Positions 39,511-53,837 are shown, counted from the stretch's first letter. The stretch: 64,000 bases of DNA from Podarcis tiliguerta (GCA_965153285.1 OZ229110.1), one strand, 5' to 3'. The notes: generated from the sequence alone by a model not told the origin. Numbers and translations are program-made.

Positions 39511-40458
39511 CGGACGCTTACCCCTTCCTGGGTGGGCATCTGTCATGGCCTCTCGCGCTCGGCCGCCATCCCTGGTCCGTCAGAGCAGAGCGCACATGTC
39601 CGGGCAGCCATTAGGGACCCCCCTCCCCCCGACTGCCTAGACATCTGGCAAGTTCCTGCCTGCTGCAGCATCTTGAATGGGCCAGTCAGTGGCCTCCCTT
39701 GTGGGTGTGCCTTGCAGTCTGGGAGGGCACTGGCTGCATAAAAGTCTGCAGCGCTGTCCGGCCTCAGCACAGTCAGCGGAGAAGCAAACAAAGCCCACCC
39801 ACCATCTTTATTTTCCAGGTCAATTTCATTTTGTTCTAAAATGTTTTCTGCCTTTCAGGTTGCTGCTTTAACAATGCTCCATTCCTTCATTCACAGTTTA
39901 ACCTTATTTTGTTTCCCGTGTATCTCCTGACCTTGCTATGGTCGCACACGTTTGCCATATTTGGGCCCAGGAAGGAATTTTCCCTGTAGACAAATTGGCT
40001 GGTTTAGAGGTTTTGCCTTCCTCGCAGCAAATTGTCTCAACTTTGGCGGTTAAAGCATTGGGTAGAATCCTAGTCTTCAAGCGTAGGGTGAAGTGGTGCA
40101 TCACCCAATATGGTCCAGCGGTGTTTTCAGGGGTCTAAAGGGGTCTTAGTGGATGTCCCACTCTTGAGGCCAAGCGTGCGGCAGATGGGCCTATAAGGCT
40201 TCTAGCGGCAGCCTTAGGATGGCCAACTCAGTAGACTGACATCTTGGAGAGGCCACAATCCTGGCACACACCTGCAGCAGTTCCAGTCCTCCAGCAGGAG
40301 GCTGGAATGGATACACCCAATGCCTGAGCCAAAATCCCACAAACATTCTGTAATCAATAAAGTTGTGCCCAATATTAATCCAGATTGTTGTCCGCCTGAG
40401 TTATTAATCATTTATAGACACTAACAAGGGGTGGGCGGAATTGCAACTGGGCCCGCAA
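39511..40458 (+). mobile_element. Non-coding terminal-repeat remnant of a retroelement, probably DIRS/Ngaro-type
   Basis: GC/CpG-richer ~950-bp block splitting an L2-like tail (...ggcaacttacaacaa | ... | tgtaaaaataccttattaagatcagtttaaaaac); has caataaagttgtgccc near its end, ends in GCAA, shows no TSD and no TG..CA termini. Confidence 0.5.
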
Positions 40459-40666
40459 TGTAAAAATACCTTATTAAGATCAGTTTAAAAACATTACAAC
40501 TTCCTTAATGTGTGGGTAACAATCATATTGAACATATATTGCTTTATTTGGTTCTCTTCGGCTATAGACACAGGATGGAACTACAGAAATATTAACATAC
40601 TAGAAGTTTCTTTGGGAATCCAAAATGGTTTGGAAGTGGTTTATGCCAATGAAACACCATCTAATA

Positions 40667-41069
40667 CTAAGGGTAGCCATGTGACCTACTTTCCCAAGGG
40701 TAGTCCTCTGTTTAAACCATTGTCAGAGGACAGCCCTCCATTTGAAGTCATCCTCTATTAGAAGGAATGTCCAATCCAAGTCTGGTTTGAAGATTAGAAA
40801 ACCATAAGAAAGCAGAGCAGCGACCTTGAACTTGTCCACCAACAGTTAGCACCTGGACATCAGACAGAGCAAGCACACAAGCCACTTGACTATAGGCTTC
40901 CCCGCTATGGTGAGATGCATTATATTTCTATTTAAATTATAGTAATTATTTCCACATTTCCATCTCTACATATATATTTAGCACACCAATATTCTATGCA
41001 AAGCTCTGTTGCCTTTTGTCCTCTGCTTTGGTGCAGCATTCTCTTGTCTATGTGCAAATGGTCACCCTA
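40667..41069. mobile_element. Old hAT (Blackjack-type TIR) non-autonomous element
   Basis: Ends aagggtagccatgtg / aaatggtcacccta; the interior (aggcttcccc.ctatgg..agatg.a.tatatttcta) is shared with a second copy at ~190-533. Confidence 0.65.
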
Positions 41070-41833
41070 CCAATGGGTTAGAGAAGACAGGCAACAGTAA
41101 GCATTCTCAGCAGCGTTTTGCAGCCCTCATCATAGGCAGCCCTTTCCCCCATAAAAGCAACACTTCTTGCACCCCACAACTGTGATTAGAATTTTTCCTC
41201 CTGGTCATCTTTGTTTTATCACTGCCACACCTTAACTCAAACTTCCTCTGCCCCACAAAAGAGTGAAAATGGCAGGTGTTATTGGAAAGAAACCTAGATG
41301 GTGTACAGATTTACATGACAGGGTAGAAACAACAGGACAAATCCATGCAGCCATGCCCATAGCATCAAGCAAACCTTAGACTCATTAATTTTATGGATAC
41401 CCAGAAGATAGTGAAAGCCCTAAAATTTATCTAAAATACCTGTCCTACCCATGGAGTTTGAGGCTCCCCAACCCCACCCTGATGAAGTTCTCTTAACTCC
41501 CCACTAAGAACCCCATGACCTTTTCAAGTGTCTCACTGTTTACTGCCAGCAAAGGCAGCTGACAGAATCAGTGCCTTTGTGAGGTAGAGCACCAGTTGCT
41601 AGGATACCTAGAGCTGCAGGGAAACAAAGGGCGCAGTCCTGAGTTAATGCAAGGGCCCATCTTGGGTGGAAGCAGCGTGAAGCCCCCGATAAAGCCTGGT
41701 GTGACTGTCCCAAAACAGCAGCTGGGCGATCTTCACGAAGAGGCTGAGTCGTCTCAGCCTCCGGTAATACAGGACAGAACCACCCTGGGGGGCAGAATTC
41801 TTAACCCACTTTGCTAATCTCCGACATCAACAA

Positions 41834-42041
41834 GGGGCAGATCCACACCACGAAAGCACATCCACCACACATTTAAAGCCCGGTTACTTCCCCCAAACAG
41901 TCCCGGGAGCTGTAGTTTCCTGGCCTGAAGCTACCGTTCCTAGCACCCTTGACAAACTACAGTTCCCATGATTCTTTGACGCAAGTCGTGTGCTTCAAAT
42001 GTGTGCTGGATGTGTTTTAAATGTATGGTGTGGATCTGTGC
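41834..42041. mobile_element. Palindromic MITE (PIF/Harbinger-like)
   Basis: Perfect CAGATCCACACCA / TGGTGTGGATCTG inverted ends (41838-41850, 42026-42038) and an internal gggagctgtagttt / aaactacagttccc inverted repeat. Confidence 0.75.
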
Positions 42042-43441
42042 AAGGTCTGTTAGATGCAAGCCCAATGCCAAAGACTGGGGACAAATTTGTACGGGAGACC
42101 AATATGAGATAGTGACAGTGCGTGGATGGAAAGAATAGAGATAGGGTAGCTGGAATGGGGTGGCAGAGTTACAAAAATATATTTGCAAGTGCTTGTTGCT
42201 TGCTAAGTAGTCTGTGAAACTGCTTCTGTAAGACGTTTGCTCTGTACAAATCCCCCAAGCCTTGCCTCATCAAGACCTCTTCACTTCCTTGAGTTCCCTT
42301 TTATTTTTTTGTATTTTGGTGGGGGTATGGCTGGGTGATCATTATATGCATTTATCCAAAGTTTCTACAACTGGAATAAATTATTTCTATCACCAGCAAA
42401 GGGAATATTTCATATCGCAAAGGGGTGGGCAGAGGGTGCCCAATTAGATGCAGTTGCAACCATAAGATTGCAGCCACTGCAACCGCAGTTGCACTGCAGC
42501 TGTGGACACATGCATCATAGTCTATGACTGCCAAGTGAGAAAGAAATACTTTTGACATTCCCAGAGGAACAAAGCTTTCTCACAAGAGACGCATTAGTAC
42601 CTGCACTCATAGAGACACATTCATTGTCCTTAGCAACGGGCCATGCTTTCTGCGGGAGGCTGACCTGTCATGTTGAAAACTATCAGCGTGTAGGATCTAC
42701 TGTATTCAAAAATGCCTAAATTTTCCAATTCTGGAGAAACTGGGGTGTACATAAGGGCTCATCAGTAGCTCTGTGTGTACTGATGGTCAGTGAATGCTAG
42801 CAGGGAAGAGAATCCAAATTACACCTGCTGGTCTCAACCGCCTCACATTCACTGAAAGTCTGAATTTGCACATGCTGTACAGACACAGACTCTGTACAGA
42901 GAGTCAGAGATCCTGCCTGCGTTTTGCAGATTTTCTTATTTTTTCTTATTGTGCAAAAGATAGCTTGTCAGCCTTCACCTAGAAAGCACAACTACAATGG
43001 TGTATTGGACATGGTCAAGGGTACATTCTTTTTGTGAGTGATGATAATGGATGGGCCCAACAGGTGTGGACAGCACCTTAGATGCACTGATAATGCACTC
43101 TAGAAATCTGCACAATATTCAGGGACTTCATAATAGGCAAGTAGAAGTTCATTACCAGACAAATTCAGCAGGGGGAGGATTCCCCAACAATAGAAATGTA
43201 AAATCCACAATTATATAGCTACTATTACACAATGTTATAAAATACAAAGTGATTTAGTGAAATGAGTAAGAACTCAAATGTAATATTTTTCAGTAAAAGG
43301 TTATGTGCTTTTCTTGCGTGGTACTGCCTGCTTTCTGTTTTTCAACATTTTTATAGCACCACACAAGTTTATAGGATAAAAAAGAACTTTGACCGAAGGG
43401 TTGCTTCAATGGGTAATTGCAATGTGTTTTCCAACACTTAA

Positions 43442-43597
<156 letters not shown>

Positions 43598-44466
43598 TAA
43601 GTTTAATATTTTATTCTAAAAAACTGTATCCTTAAAACTGATACTATACTTAATAGTTTATAGGTTTACTTGTGGAATTCTATGTTTATGGCATTTCCCC
43701 GATACTTTTTGAGAACACACTTTTTTTCAGGCAAAGATGGGTAGCAATTATTTGGTATCAGGAATTAATGCAGCTTTCATTAAAGAATGACCAGCACCAT
43801 TTTATGAAGAACTGCCCTATGCTTGCCACAGGGAACCCTGGGTGGAATAAGTTCAGGGAGCAAAATATCCCTCAAGACACCCTAGGCTACAGTAAATAAC
43901 AAATCCAGAGAAAATACATCCCCTGAAACCTAAAGGAATATAGACCAACAGTCACACATGACTTTCATTTTCTCATGTGCAACATTTTCAAGCGGTTTTT
44001 GCAATACAAAAACCCAAAACACCAAGATCAATGTGGGTGGGAATATTGCAAAACTGTAGTATGTGAACAAAAACTGCTATCACTTTCATAGCCAAATAAT
44101 GAAAACTCTACTACCCAGCATACATAAGCACTACCCGCCTCGGTGAACAAACAACCACATTTCAAATTAAGCATAAATAATAGCTCAGGCTGCAATCCTA
44201 ACTCCTGGCCAGCAGTGGTACAGTTTGATGGAGAAGCACAGCCAGTGGCACATCACCAGCCTACTGCAAAGAGGCTACAATCAGGCCTGTTGCTCTCATG
44301 CGATTCCCCCTCCTATTATCAGCTACCACCATGACAAGTGGGGGGAAGCTTTGACCCTCCAGATGTTGTCGAACTCCAGCCAGTCCCAGCCACAATAGTC
44401 AATGGTCAGTGATAATGAGAGTTCCAGGCCAACAATATTCAGAAGGTCAGGCATCCCACCCTTATA

Positions 44467-44584
44467 CAGTGGTACCTTGGTAGTCTCCTGCAGCCAATCG
44501 GTAGCTGCGCCTTGGTTTTCAAATGGTTTTGAGAGTCAAACAGACTCCCAGAACAGATTAAGTTTGAGAACCAAGGTACCACTG
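44467..44584. mobile_element. Tc1/mariner-pogo (Tigger-like) MITE
   Basis: Perfect 15-bp TIR CAGTGGTACCTTGGT / ACCAAGGTACCACTG with TA TSD; in a ROPN1 intron. Confidence 0.9.
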
Positions 44585-44806
44585 TATTACAATATCCCAC
44601 CTTTCCTCGTTGTAGGAAGGCAGCTTACATAGTTTCCAGGCTGTCCCCTATCCATCACTAACCAGAACTGAGCTGCTAAATTTCAATAAGGTTGCTGTGT
44701 CATGTGCCTTCAAGCTATGTCCTTTTGATATGCGTACTTTATGATTTTTCACTGTTGAGCTTTAATATGCCATTCATAAACTTGAAAATAAATAGCCAAG
44801 TTCTAG

Positions 44807-45124
<318 letters not shown>

Positions 45125-46073
45125 TAAGATGCATACAGACAGAATATAACTATTACAAGATGTCAAGGTTATAAGACTTCTGCCAAAGTACGAAGACTAT
45201 TTAAAAGATTATTGCTCTTCATAATTCCTTTACTTTTATTACATTCAAGCCTAGTTCCAAAACCATCCTGATACACATAGGGAAGCAATAATTTGTGCAC
45301 GCTCTAATTTTAAACACTGACTTCATTTGCACCTCATGATAAACAACAATTCATGTATTACTCTGAATGTGCCAATCTGAGCTGCTTTGCTCCTCCATGG
45401 GAAGAAATAAACCATAGCTTAACATTACATGCAAACCAGAGATCATGGTTTGTTTTGCTCCAAGCAAACCACAGTCTGCAACCAAAGTTTGTACTTAGCA
45501 TATTGATTGTGGTTTGTTTGGAGCACTACAAACCACAACCCTGGTTTGGACATAATGCTAAGCCAGGAATTGTGGTTTGTTTCCCTTGCGTGCCAGGGAG
45601 AAGCAAAGCAACCCAGATGGTCATGTTTATAGTAAGTCGTCAGTTATAGTTCACCACCCTGTGAGAACTCAAACAATGAATAAAGATGACAACTTACAAA
45701 GTAGTAACTTGCTTGTCACTCTCTGCATGCAACCACATAAGAAGCAAGCCATCTATACTAGAACTTGGGGATTTCTATCTGGCCCTCAGGTTTCTCCACA
45801 GGCCACTCCACCCACTTTTGCTTTGGTCCTGCCCACTGCTAGCATGTGGCCCTCAGAAGATTGCCTAAAAGGGAATTGAAAAGGGTTCCCTACCCATTAT
45901 CTATACCATCCTCTCAAATGTTCTCATCCCCTTGTTACACAGAAGAAAATGGAAAATCAGCATGATAAAGTTCTCTTCAGCAGCATGACCAGCTTCTTTC
46001 TGTAACTGTAAGCACAATGCAATGCAATCAATTACTCCAATGTTTAGTTCATCAATACCCAGTTATAGCCCGG

Positions 46074-46502
46074 CATAGAAGCCAACTCCAGGGGACCGTG
46101 GCTGCTTGGGCACCCACATTAATATAATTGTGGGGGCTGAGCACCCACAAAGTCAATGAGCAAAGCTGAAGACAGGCAGCCAGCTAGCCTCTGTGGTGCT
46201 GCCTCAGAGAGAGAAGGAGTTCAGCTCCACCCTGCATAGTCAGCAAGTGAGGCACCCTTTTCCAGTGTGGGGGTTCGGACGTGGAGGCAGTCTCTCTGCT
46301 TCTGAATCCATGCCCCTCCCTGCAGAAAAGGAGGAAGAGGAGCAGCCGATACTGCAACATGGACGTGCAACATCATATACACATGCCTGCACGTGGTGCA
46401 TGTGATGTCACACACACAACATGCAATGTCATGTTCATTTTTGGAGGAGCCCACATTACAGCGATGGGCATCCACAATCCTGAGGGCGAGATGCCACCCC
46501 TG
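46074..46502. mobile_element. hAT non-autonomous element
   Basis: Ends CATAGAAGCCAACTC / GAGATGCCACCCCTG; 8-bp TSD tagcccgg/tagcccaa (6/8); internal gcacccaca repeats. Confidence 0.65.
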
Positions 46503-48099
46503 TAGCCCAAGTACTATTTTTACAAATTAGCTGAAAAAATGCACAACTGGGCTTTATGATTAGAACATGGACATCTTTTCATATGAACTCTGAATCAATA
46601 TCTGTAGCTTTTCATACAAAATTTTCATACCACCAGCAGCATGGCAAGCTCTGAATTTCTTCACAAAAATACTAACCAACCATAACTGCTCAGTTATTGT
46701 ACCAATATGGGTTAAATGGATCCCATTTTTGTGTTTTTAAGCCTTTCATTTTGAGCAGAGAACAGATGGAAGAGGATGTATTATTTAGGAAGACAGCGGG
46801 TATACACCACCACAGGATTTAGGATCCAGTTAGTGATGCACAGTGCTTCTGTGCTAGTACTGTTTCTCCATTTTCTCCCACAATATCTTCTTTACACAAG
46901 ATAAGTTCCTTACTCCAAAAACAACAACTTGAATTTTAGGTTGTTAGTATCTTCACATCAGCACAGCACTGACACCTGCACATTTGATGTTGGCTCCTAT
47001 TCACTGGAATTTGATTTCAGTCCTAATAAACTATGGGCCATTTTCAACTAGGTTGTTGAGCCAGCAGGGTGCACCACAATGAGTCCCACTAGCACAAGGG
47101 GACTTACTCCCCCTCTTCCCCCTGCACCCTCCTCAAATCCCTAGAACAGTGTGCAGGGTGGGGGAGGAAATGGGAGATGATTTTGTTTGGCCAGCAGAAA
47201 TGCTTGTGGTGATGGAAAGATCATTTTAGCACTACCTATAATATTTTATAGCCCTGGAGTACACTTTAGAGTGGCTGAGAAATATACAGCAGTTTATTAA
47301 TTCAAGTGGCAGATTCGAAGTCATGAAGATTCTACAGGTGTCTGTGACTGACAACCTGCAGCTCAAATAATCCCTAGAAACTTTAGTACTTGTGTGCCTG
47401 TGAGAAATCAGGCTCCAAAAGCAGACGTGCATCCCAAATGCAGGTGCTCACTCAAATGTATAACCAAATGTGCACTCCTCTGAAAACTATGGTGTGCAGA
47501 GATATTGCTTCTCCATTCAAGCACACGCCTATCTTACCCCCAGTTACCAATCTGGGAAGCACCCTGCTTACCTTTGCTTTGTGCTTCCTAGGTACAAGTC
47601 TGGGCTTTCCAAGTCTGTGTTCAAGTGGTTACTTATTTATTATTTTCAGCCCTGATGCTTTCCCCAGAAAAACCCATATTTTACCACTGGATTGGAACAA
47701 ACGGCAAGCAGGTTTTCTGCAGATTGCTGTTTGTTCTGATTCAGTGGTAAAACAAGGGTTTTCCTGGGGAAAGCCCTGGGACAAAAAACACTCAGATATG
47801 AACCTGAAAAGCCCAGAAAGCACAAAGCAACGGGAAGTGTGGATAAACCCTGAAAGCACAAATGCCACCTGACAATTCAAAGGATCTAGAAAAGGGGAAG
47901 TGACCTGGGAGATTTGTACACATTTAAACACATTTCAGGCCTCCTGCTTGCTTCCCTTCAGCTAACTCTAGAGAGCTGAGAGCTATCACTGGTGCCCTGC
48001 TTTCTGCTCCAACATGAATAGACAGCATGTGGATAGCACACATGTGCATCCCTGTGTTCTTTCTTGTTCTGGGGTACAAAGGTCTTTTTCAAAATATAT

Positions 48100-48207
48100 T
48101 GTTGTTTAGTCGTTCAGTTGTGTCCAACTCTTTGTGACCCCATGGACCAGAGCACGCCAGGTACCACTCCCGCAGTTTGGTCAAACTCATGTTGTTAGCT
48201 TCGAGAA
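48100..48207 (-). mobile_element. BovB (RTE) LINE extreme 3' end, severely 5'-truncated
   Basis: tgttgtttagtcgttcagttgtgtccaactctttgtgaccccatggaccagagcacgccagg is the reverse of the BovB 3' end; perfect 10-bp TSD CAAAATATAT (48090-48099, 48208-48217). Confidence 0.85.
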
Positions 48208-49892
48208 CAAAATATATACTCCTGCATATCTAGGGCATTCTCCCCTGTGTGTATGAATTCATTCCTATATTCTTCTTGTGCCCACAATGACACTCAAAAG
48301 CAGACACAGCATACCAACTTCATTAACTGGGTGAGTGATAATATCCCCAAAATAGACATCCCCAGTGTTAGTGGCATCATTTATTCCCAAGTGGACAGCG
48401 GCAACATATTGTTCCAAAGCCCCTGCCTGCTTTTCTACATTGAATTCAGGCCCATTCAAGATCCACATGACCCTCATCTGCCGGGTCCTCTTCTTTGGGA
48501 CACTTAATACACAAGGAAAACCTAGAATTGCTTCTACAGATTGCACAGCCTGCACAAGAAACAGAGAGCTATAGATGCAAAAGCCCAATATCATAATTAA
48601 ACCTTTTCCAGAAATACTACTTCCCAAGGTTATGGTTGTATACTAAGGCTGTAATCCTAAATATGCTTACTCAGAAGTAGAGCTCACGTTTGAGTAAACA
48701 TGTTCAGGACAGTGCTGCACAACTCGCAGTGAAGGGTTTAAAACAACACACTGAAGGGCAGTAGACCTGCTATGGACACCTCTTAAAACTGTGCCATGTC
48801 ATTAATTTTTCAACAGCTGCATACTGAATATTAAAACAGCAAAATGGTGGAATAATCTCAAAGCACACAGACATCAGTGCAGTCTCACAAACTTATTTCT
48901 TAAATATTTGCTACTATGAGTTCAAGCACCATCTACTAAATTTGGAATGAACACAGCGAGTGAGACCCCTTGCAGCTTTTGAGAGAAAGGCTGGAATATA
49001 AATCAATCAATCAATAAGATATGGAAGCATTAGCATATTATCCAGCAGTGGGGTCCTAAGATATAAGATATAGTTTTCTCCTGCCAAAAAAAGTGGACTG
49101 GGTAAGTCCATTTTCTCCTTCTTTCACAGTAGGAATCTGCAGTAAAAGCAGCAGCCCTGTACTTGTTTTTGCAAGTTTAGAATCAAACAATGTATATGGT
49201 ATATAGTATATATATGTGTATGTATATAGTATATGGTGTAGCCATATACTAGACTAGAAGCAGAAGGTGAAATAGTTCTTGGTGCAGCTGCGCCACCCCA
49301 GTACCTGCACCCTCAGCGTTTTCCAGCCTAGTAGATGTCAAGTCAGTATAACAGCAGTTTGAATGTCACCTGGTCCATTTTCAAAAGATCTACGTTAGGT
49401 TTGTGTATGTCACCTCATAATTAAGGCTCAGTCTCGGTATCAGACATTTATGTATTCATATATTGATAAACTGGCATATACAAATAAGCAAGGATACCCT
49501 GCCCCATCACAGAACTGAGAAGATGCAGACATGATTACATCCTACTTATTTTTTGGGAGGAGTACAACAAGATATCATGGTGCAAAGCAGAACCACAGTT
49601 AATACAAACTCAGCACAACATTTTCTAAAACAAGTTAGTACATGCCTGTGGCATTTCTGTCTCATTCTTTGCCTGGACACTTAAAGTAAAAAATATCAAA
49701 GCAGCAACATACTCCTTCTTACAAAGAACAGAGCAAGGATTCAACCAACATCCCAATCTGCTTAGCTGTATCTTAGTTCCGTGATCTCGTACATTTTTAT
49801 TTATTTTTACTGATTCTACAAAGAAAACAGAATGCTTACCATCTCTAAAATTTGTACGATTAGGAAGGAATTCCTGGCACTAAAGCAGGTGA

Positions 49893-50180
<288 letters not shown>

Positions 50181-52426
50181 TAGTATTTACTTTTAGTGGG
50201 TCTATGTCATGTGGATTATTATTAAGAGCTCGTAGTTTCACTCAGGAAGCAGTGAATGGCAGAACCAGCTGCCACCTAATGGGCCTTACTGTAGCAGCCT
50301 CCCTTCCTGTATTTTTTGCAGCCCCAGAACAGAAGGAAAGCGAGAACAACAACCACAGCTTATTGGACTGTTGTATGAAGGTATTGCCTGGGTTAATGGC
50401 TGCCCATTTGTTCCTAATATGGCCTCACCCAGGTCTGCTTGTACACACAGAGCAGAAAGAGCTGGGAAAGAGGCTATAGATTTCAGAAGTAGTAGTAGAT
50501 GGGTACCATTTCAGGTGTAGGGGGAATCACTTTTTAACAAATATTCTGCTGCGAGTTTTTAAAAATACAAGTTGAAAGGTAGCACAGCAAGGAGCAGGCC
50601 ACTAAAGTACTTTGGTCCTCAGAGTCCTAATTTCTTCTTACTGTGAATGCCAATTCTAAACATCAATTTGAATTGATACAATCTACTGTACAATCCCCCC
50701 AAGCTTGGATTCTACCACTGTATTCTGCTGTGTGTGAAGAATTTAAAGGGCAGAGGACATTTTCACATTGCAGTAAATCTGGTGCTGTTGGAAGGGTCGC
50801 CATTAGTGGCCGAGTTGTCCTATTCCCTACACTGTACCTAATTTCTGTTCTCTTCCTACCATGAGGGAACCCACATCATATAAGCTTTGTAAAAGCCCTT
50901 CTACCTTAAGATAGTTCACCAGCCAACAGCTACCGTCTCCACCCTTTCTCCCCCTCTTTTCCATGGCAACTGCACAAGATCCCAGATGAGTTTCAATACT
51001 GGAGTTTGTTACACCATATTTGTCTAGTGGGCTCTCTTTTGGATGAATCACAAGTAATACCTATCTCCCTTAATAGCCTAAATTTAAAAAACAACAGCAA
51101 CCCAATCTTTACTTTTGCAATCTGAATTATTAAATTGGACCAACATAAGATAATATTGTATGGATATTTAGGCCTCTCCCTCATTCATGAACTTAAACAT
51201 ATTCCACAGATATTGCTTTTACATGTAACAAAGGGAGGTTGCAAATTTACAAGGAATAAAGCTGGATTGGTATAACGTCCAGCTAATCATGGGTTGCCAC
51301 ATTCTCACAACATGGTAGAAGCCCTAAGAATCCCACTGTTGCAGCTGTCCTGATGGCAGCTATTATCTGCGGAAGTGCATCTAATGCTATAAAGATGCTT
51401 AGCAGTGTGGGTTAACATTACTCTTCATATGACCACTGATTGTATTAATATAGGCTGATTAATGTATCTCTCGGAATGAACTGTTGTAATCTTGCATCCA
51501 AAACTTTATCATAATCCATTGTATTTTCTGTTTCTCTCTCCTGCCCTTTAGCCTGTTTTACTAGGGGCACCATTTATGAATCTGGCTTTTTGTGTTTGTG
51601 AATTTGTCTGTTCCTGCAGTCTTCTTCCTCACCTGAAGTCATAATCTTATATTTATAACATTACAGTTAGCAGCTGTGGAGATAATTCTGATTTCAGAGA
51701 AGATTTTGACTTCAGGTGAGCAAAAGATAAAAAACAGACAGAGCTAATAGATATTGTTTTTTTGTTCATCAGGAAACAGCCATTTACCAAAACAGAGAAA
51801 CTCAAACATCAACTTTCCTAGAGAATATCTCCTTATGTACAATGTTGTGCATTAATGTATTACTGTTATTGTTACTATAAAGTGCCAATATATATATTTT
51901 TTAAGAGAGTATATAAAGCCGAATATATATAGTATTTGGCTGCAGTCTAACGGATATTAAAGTGTGCTTAATCTCACTGAAATCATTAGTATCACAGTAA
52001 CTCTGCACTGTGGCCACTGTTCTTTGATACATCTTAGCACATTAAAACTAAACTGCATTTTTGGTGTGGCTTTCCATCATAATAGAGATGTTTATCAAGA
52101 AACACCTACCTTAAAAATTTAGGCTTCACATGATTTGTACAAGGCCCTCCACTCCCTTATTATCCTCCTCACAATAACCCTGTGAGGTAAGACTAGGCCG
52201 GGAAATCATGATGGTCCAAACTCACCTCAGAGCTTCATAATTGTGTGGAGATTTGAACGTGGCATTCCCCTATTCTAATCACTACACCATAAACCACCAC
52301 AGCATAGCGGTTTTATCCAGAACTATACTTACCACCTAACTATAATTCTCAGGACTTCTGGCAAAGAAGCTGTGACTGTTTAGTTGAGTCACATAAATAA
52401 ACAGTTGCTCACTCTTCTGTTTATGG

Positions 52427-52559
52427 CAGGGGTAGCCAATGTGGGGCCCCCCAGACATTTGGGCCAGCAACTCTCACCATCCCCGACCATTTCCCAACTG
52501 GGCAGGGCTGAAGGGAGTTGGGCCACAACATCTGGAGGACACCACAATAGCTATCGCTG
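52427..52559. mobile_element. Palindromic hAT-type MITE (~135 bp family)
   Basis: CAGGGGTAGCCAATGTGG / CCACAATAGCTATCGCTG ends; TSD gtttatgg/ctttgtgg. Confidence 0.75.
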
Positions 52560-52681
52560 CTTTGTGGCTTTATAGCCAGACACCGAGCTATTTTTTTTAG
52601 TATTTCTAGAAATGAATAATAACTAGTTGCTTTAAGATGGATGGCAAACTTAGATACTAATTCTTCTTATCTTTTTAATAG

Positions 52682-52858
<177 letters not shown>

Positions 52859-53221
52859 TAAGTAACCCCAGTATATCTAATACATACAGCTAACGTAAAT
52901 GTCAAGGCGTGTGGCTATTTGTATCATAGGTTTTACCCTCCTGTATGGTATTGAAGTGCAGTAGTGTTTACAGCTATAGGGACAGATATTGCTAAGTCCT
53001 AGGGCCAGTTTGTTCACAGGACAGGACATCCTCACATTAAACAGAATAAGCAGGATTAGAAAAAATCCCAGTTTGATATACCATGCCTCTAAAAACTTGG
53101 GATTGTGTTCTGCTAGCATAGCAATGGAACTTTCCTCTTCTCTGTCAACCAACTTAAAAATCTGCTTCAGAGAGTTGGAAGCCCCATCAAGGAATTCAAG
53201 CTGGTATACATGTTTCTCCCC

Positions 53222-53351
53222 CTCCCCATTTTATCCTCACAACTCTGTGAGGCAATGACTGACCCAAGGTCACCCAGTGAGCTTCATGACTTGAGTGGGG
53301 ATTTGAATCCTGGTCCACCATGCCCCAGTCCACCACTCTAACCACTATACC
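53222..53351 (-). mobile_element. MIR-like CORE SINE fragment
   Basis: atcctcacaac..tgtgagg...cccaaggtcacccagtgagc...gggatttgaatcctggt...ctctaaccactatacc; similar copies at ~52158-52290 and ~17690-17825. Confidence 0.7.
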
Positions 53352-53837
53352 TGTTGACTCTGATACTTAAGAATTTAAAATATTTTCCCATGCCCAGTGT
53401 GGTTGCGGGGTCTCTTTAGAAATCTTTTGATCATAATCCCTGATTTATTATAGTTAACACTACTGTCATGGCCACTGATAGCAAGAATTGCTTATTTACG
53501 AATACATTTTAAATCCCAACTTTCCTATCCCCTTTGGCTCTATCTTGGGGAAAGTGTTTTGCGTCAAAGCATCCTGTATTTCAAACTATATATGGTTGCT
53601 GCCACCTTGTGGCATTCCTTTATTCACAGACTAATTTGGACTACGCTGCCTGCACTCAGTGCAGTTCTTTTAAATGTGCTTCACTGAGGTAGAAGGAAGA
53701 CTGGCATCTGGAAAGACAGAAGATGGTGCTACAATTATTTTTTGTGAGATAAAAGTTTAGAATGTTTCATAAAGATCAAGTATTGCTGGGTGAGCAAACC
53801 TCTAATTTTATTTTTTATTTTTATGTTCCCTACACAG

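Noticed and set aside
47390-47872. 160-aa ORF inside a ROPN1 intron
   Set aside because: Overlaps degenerate palindromic repeat sequence and is not needed for the complete 212-aa ROPN1 frame.
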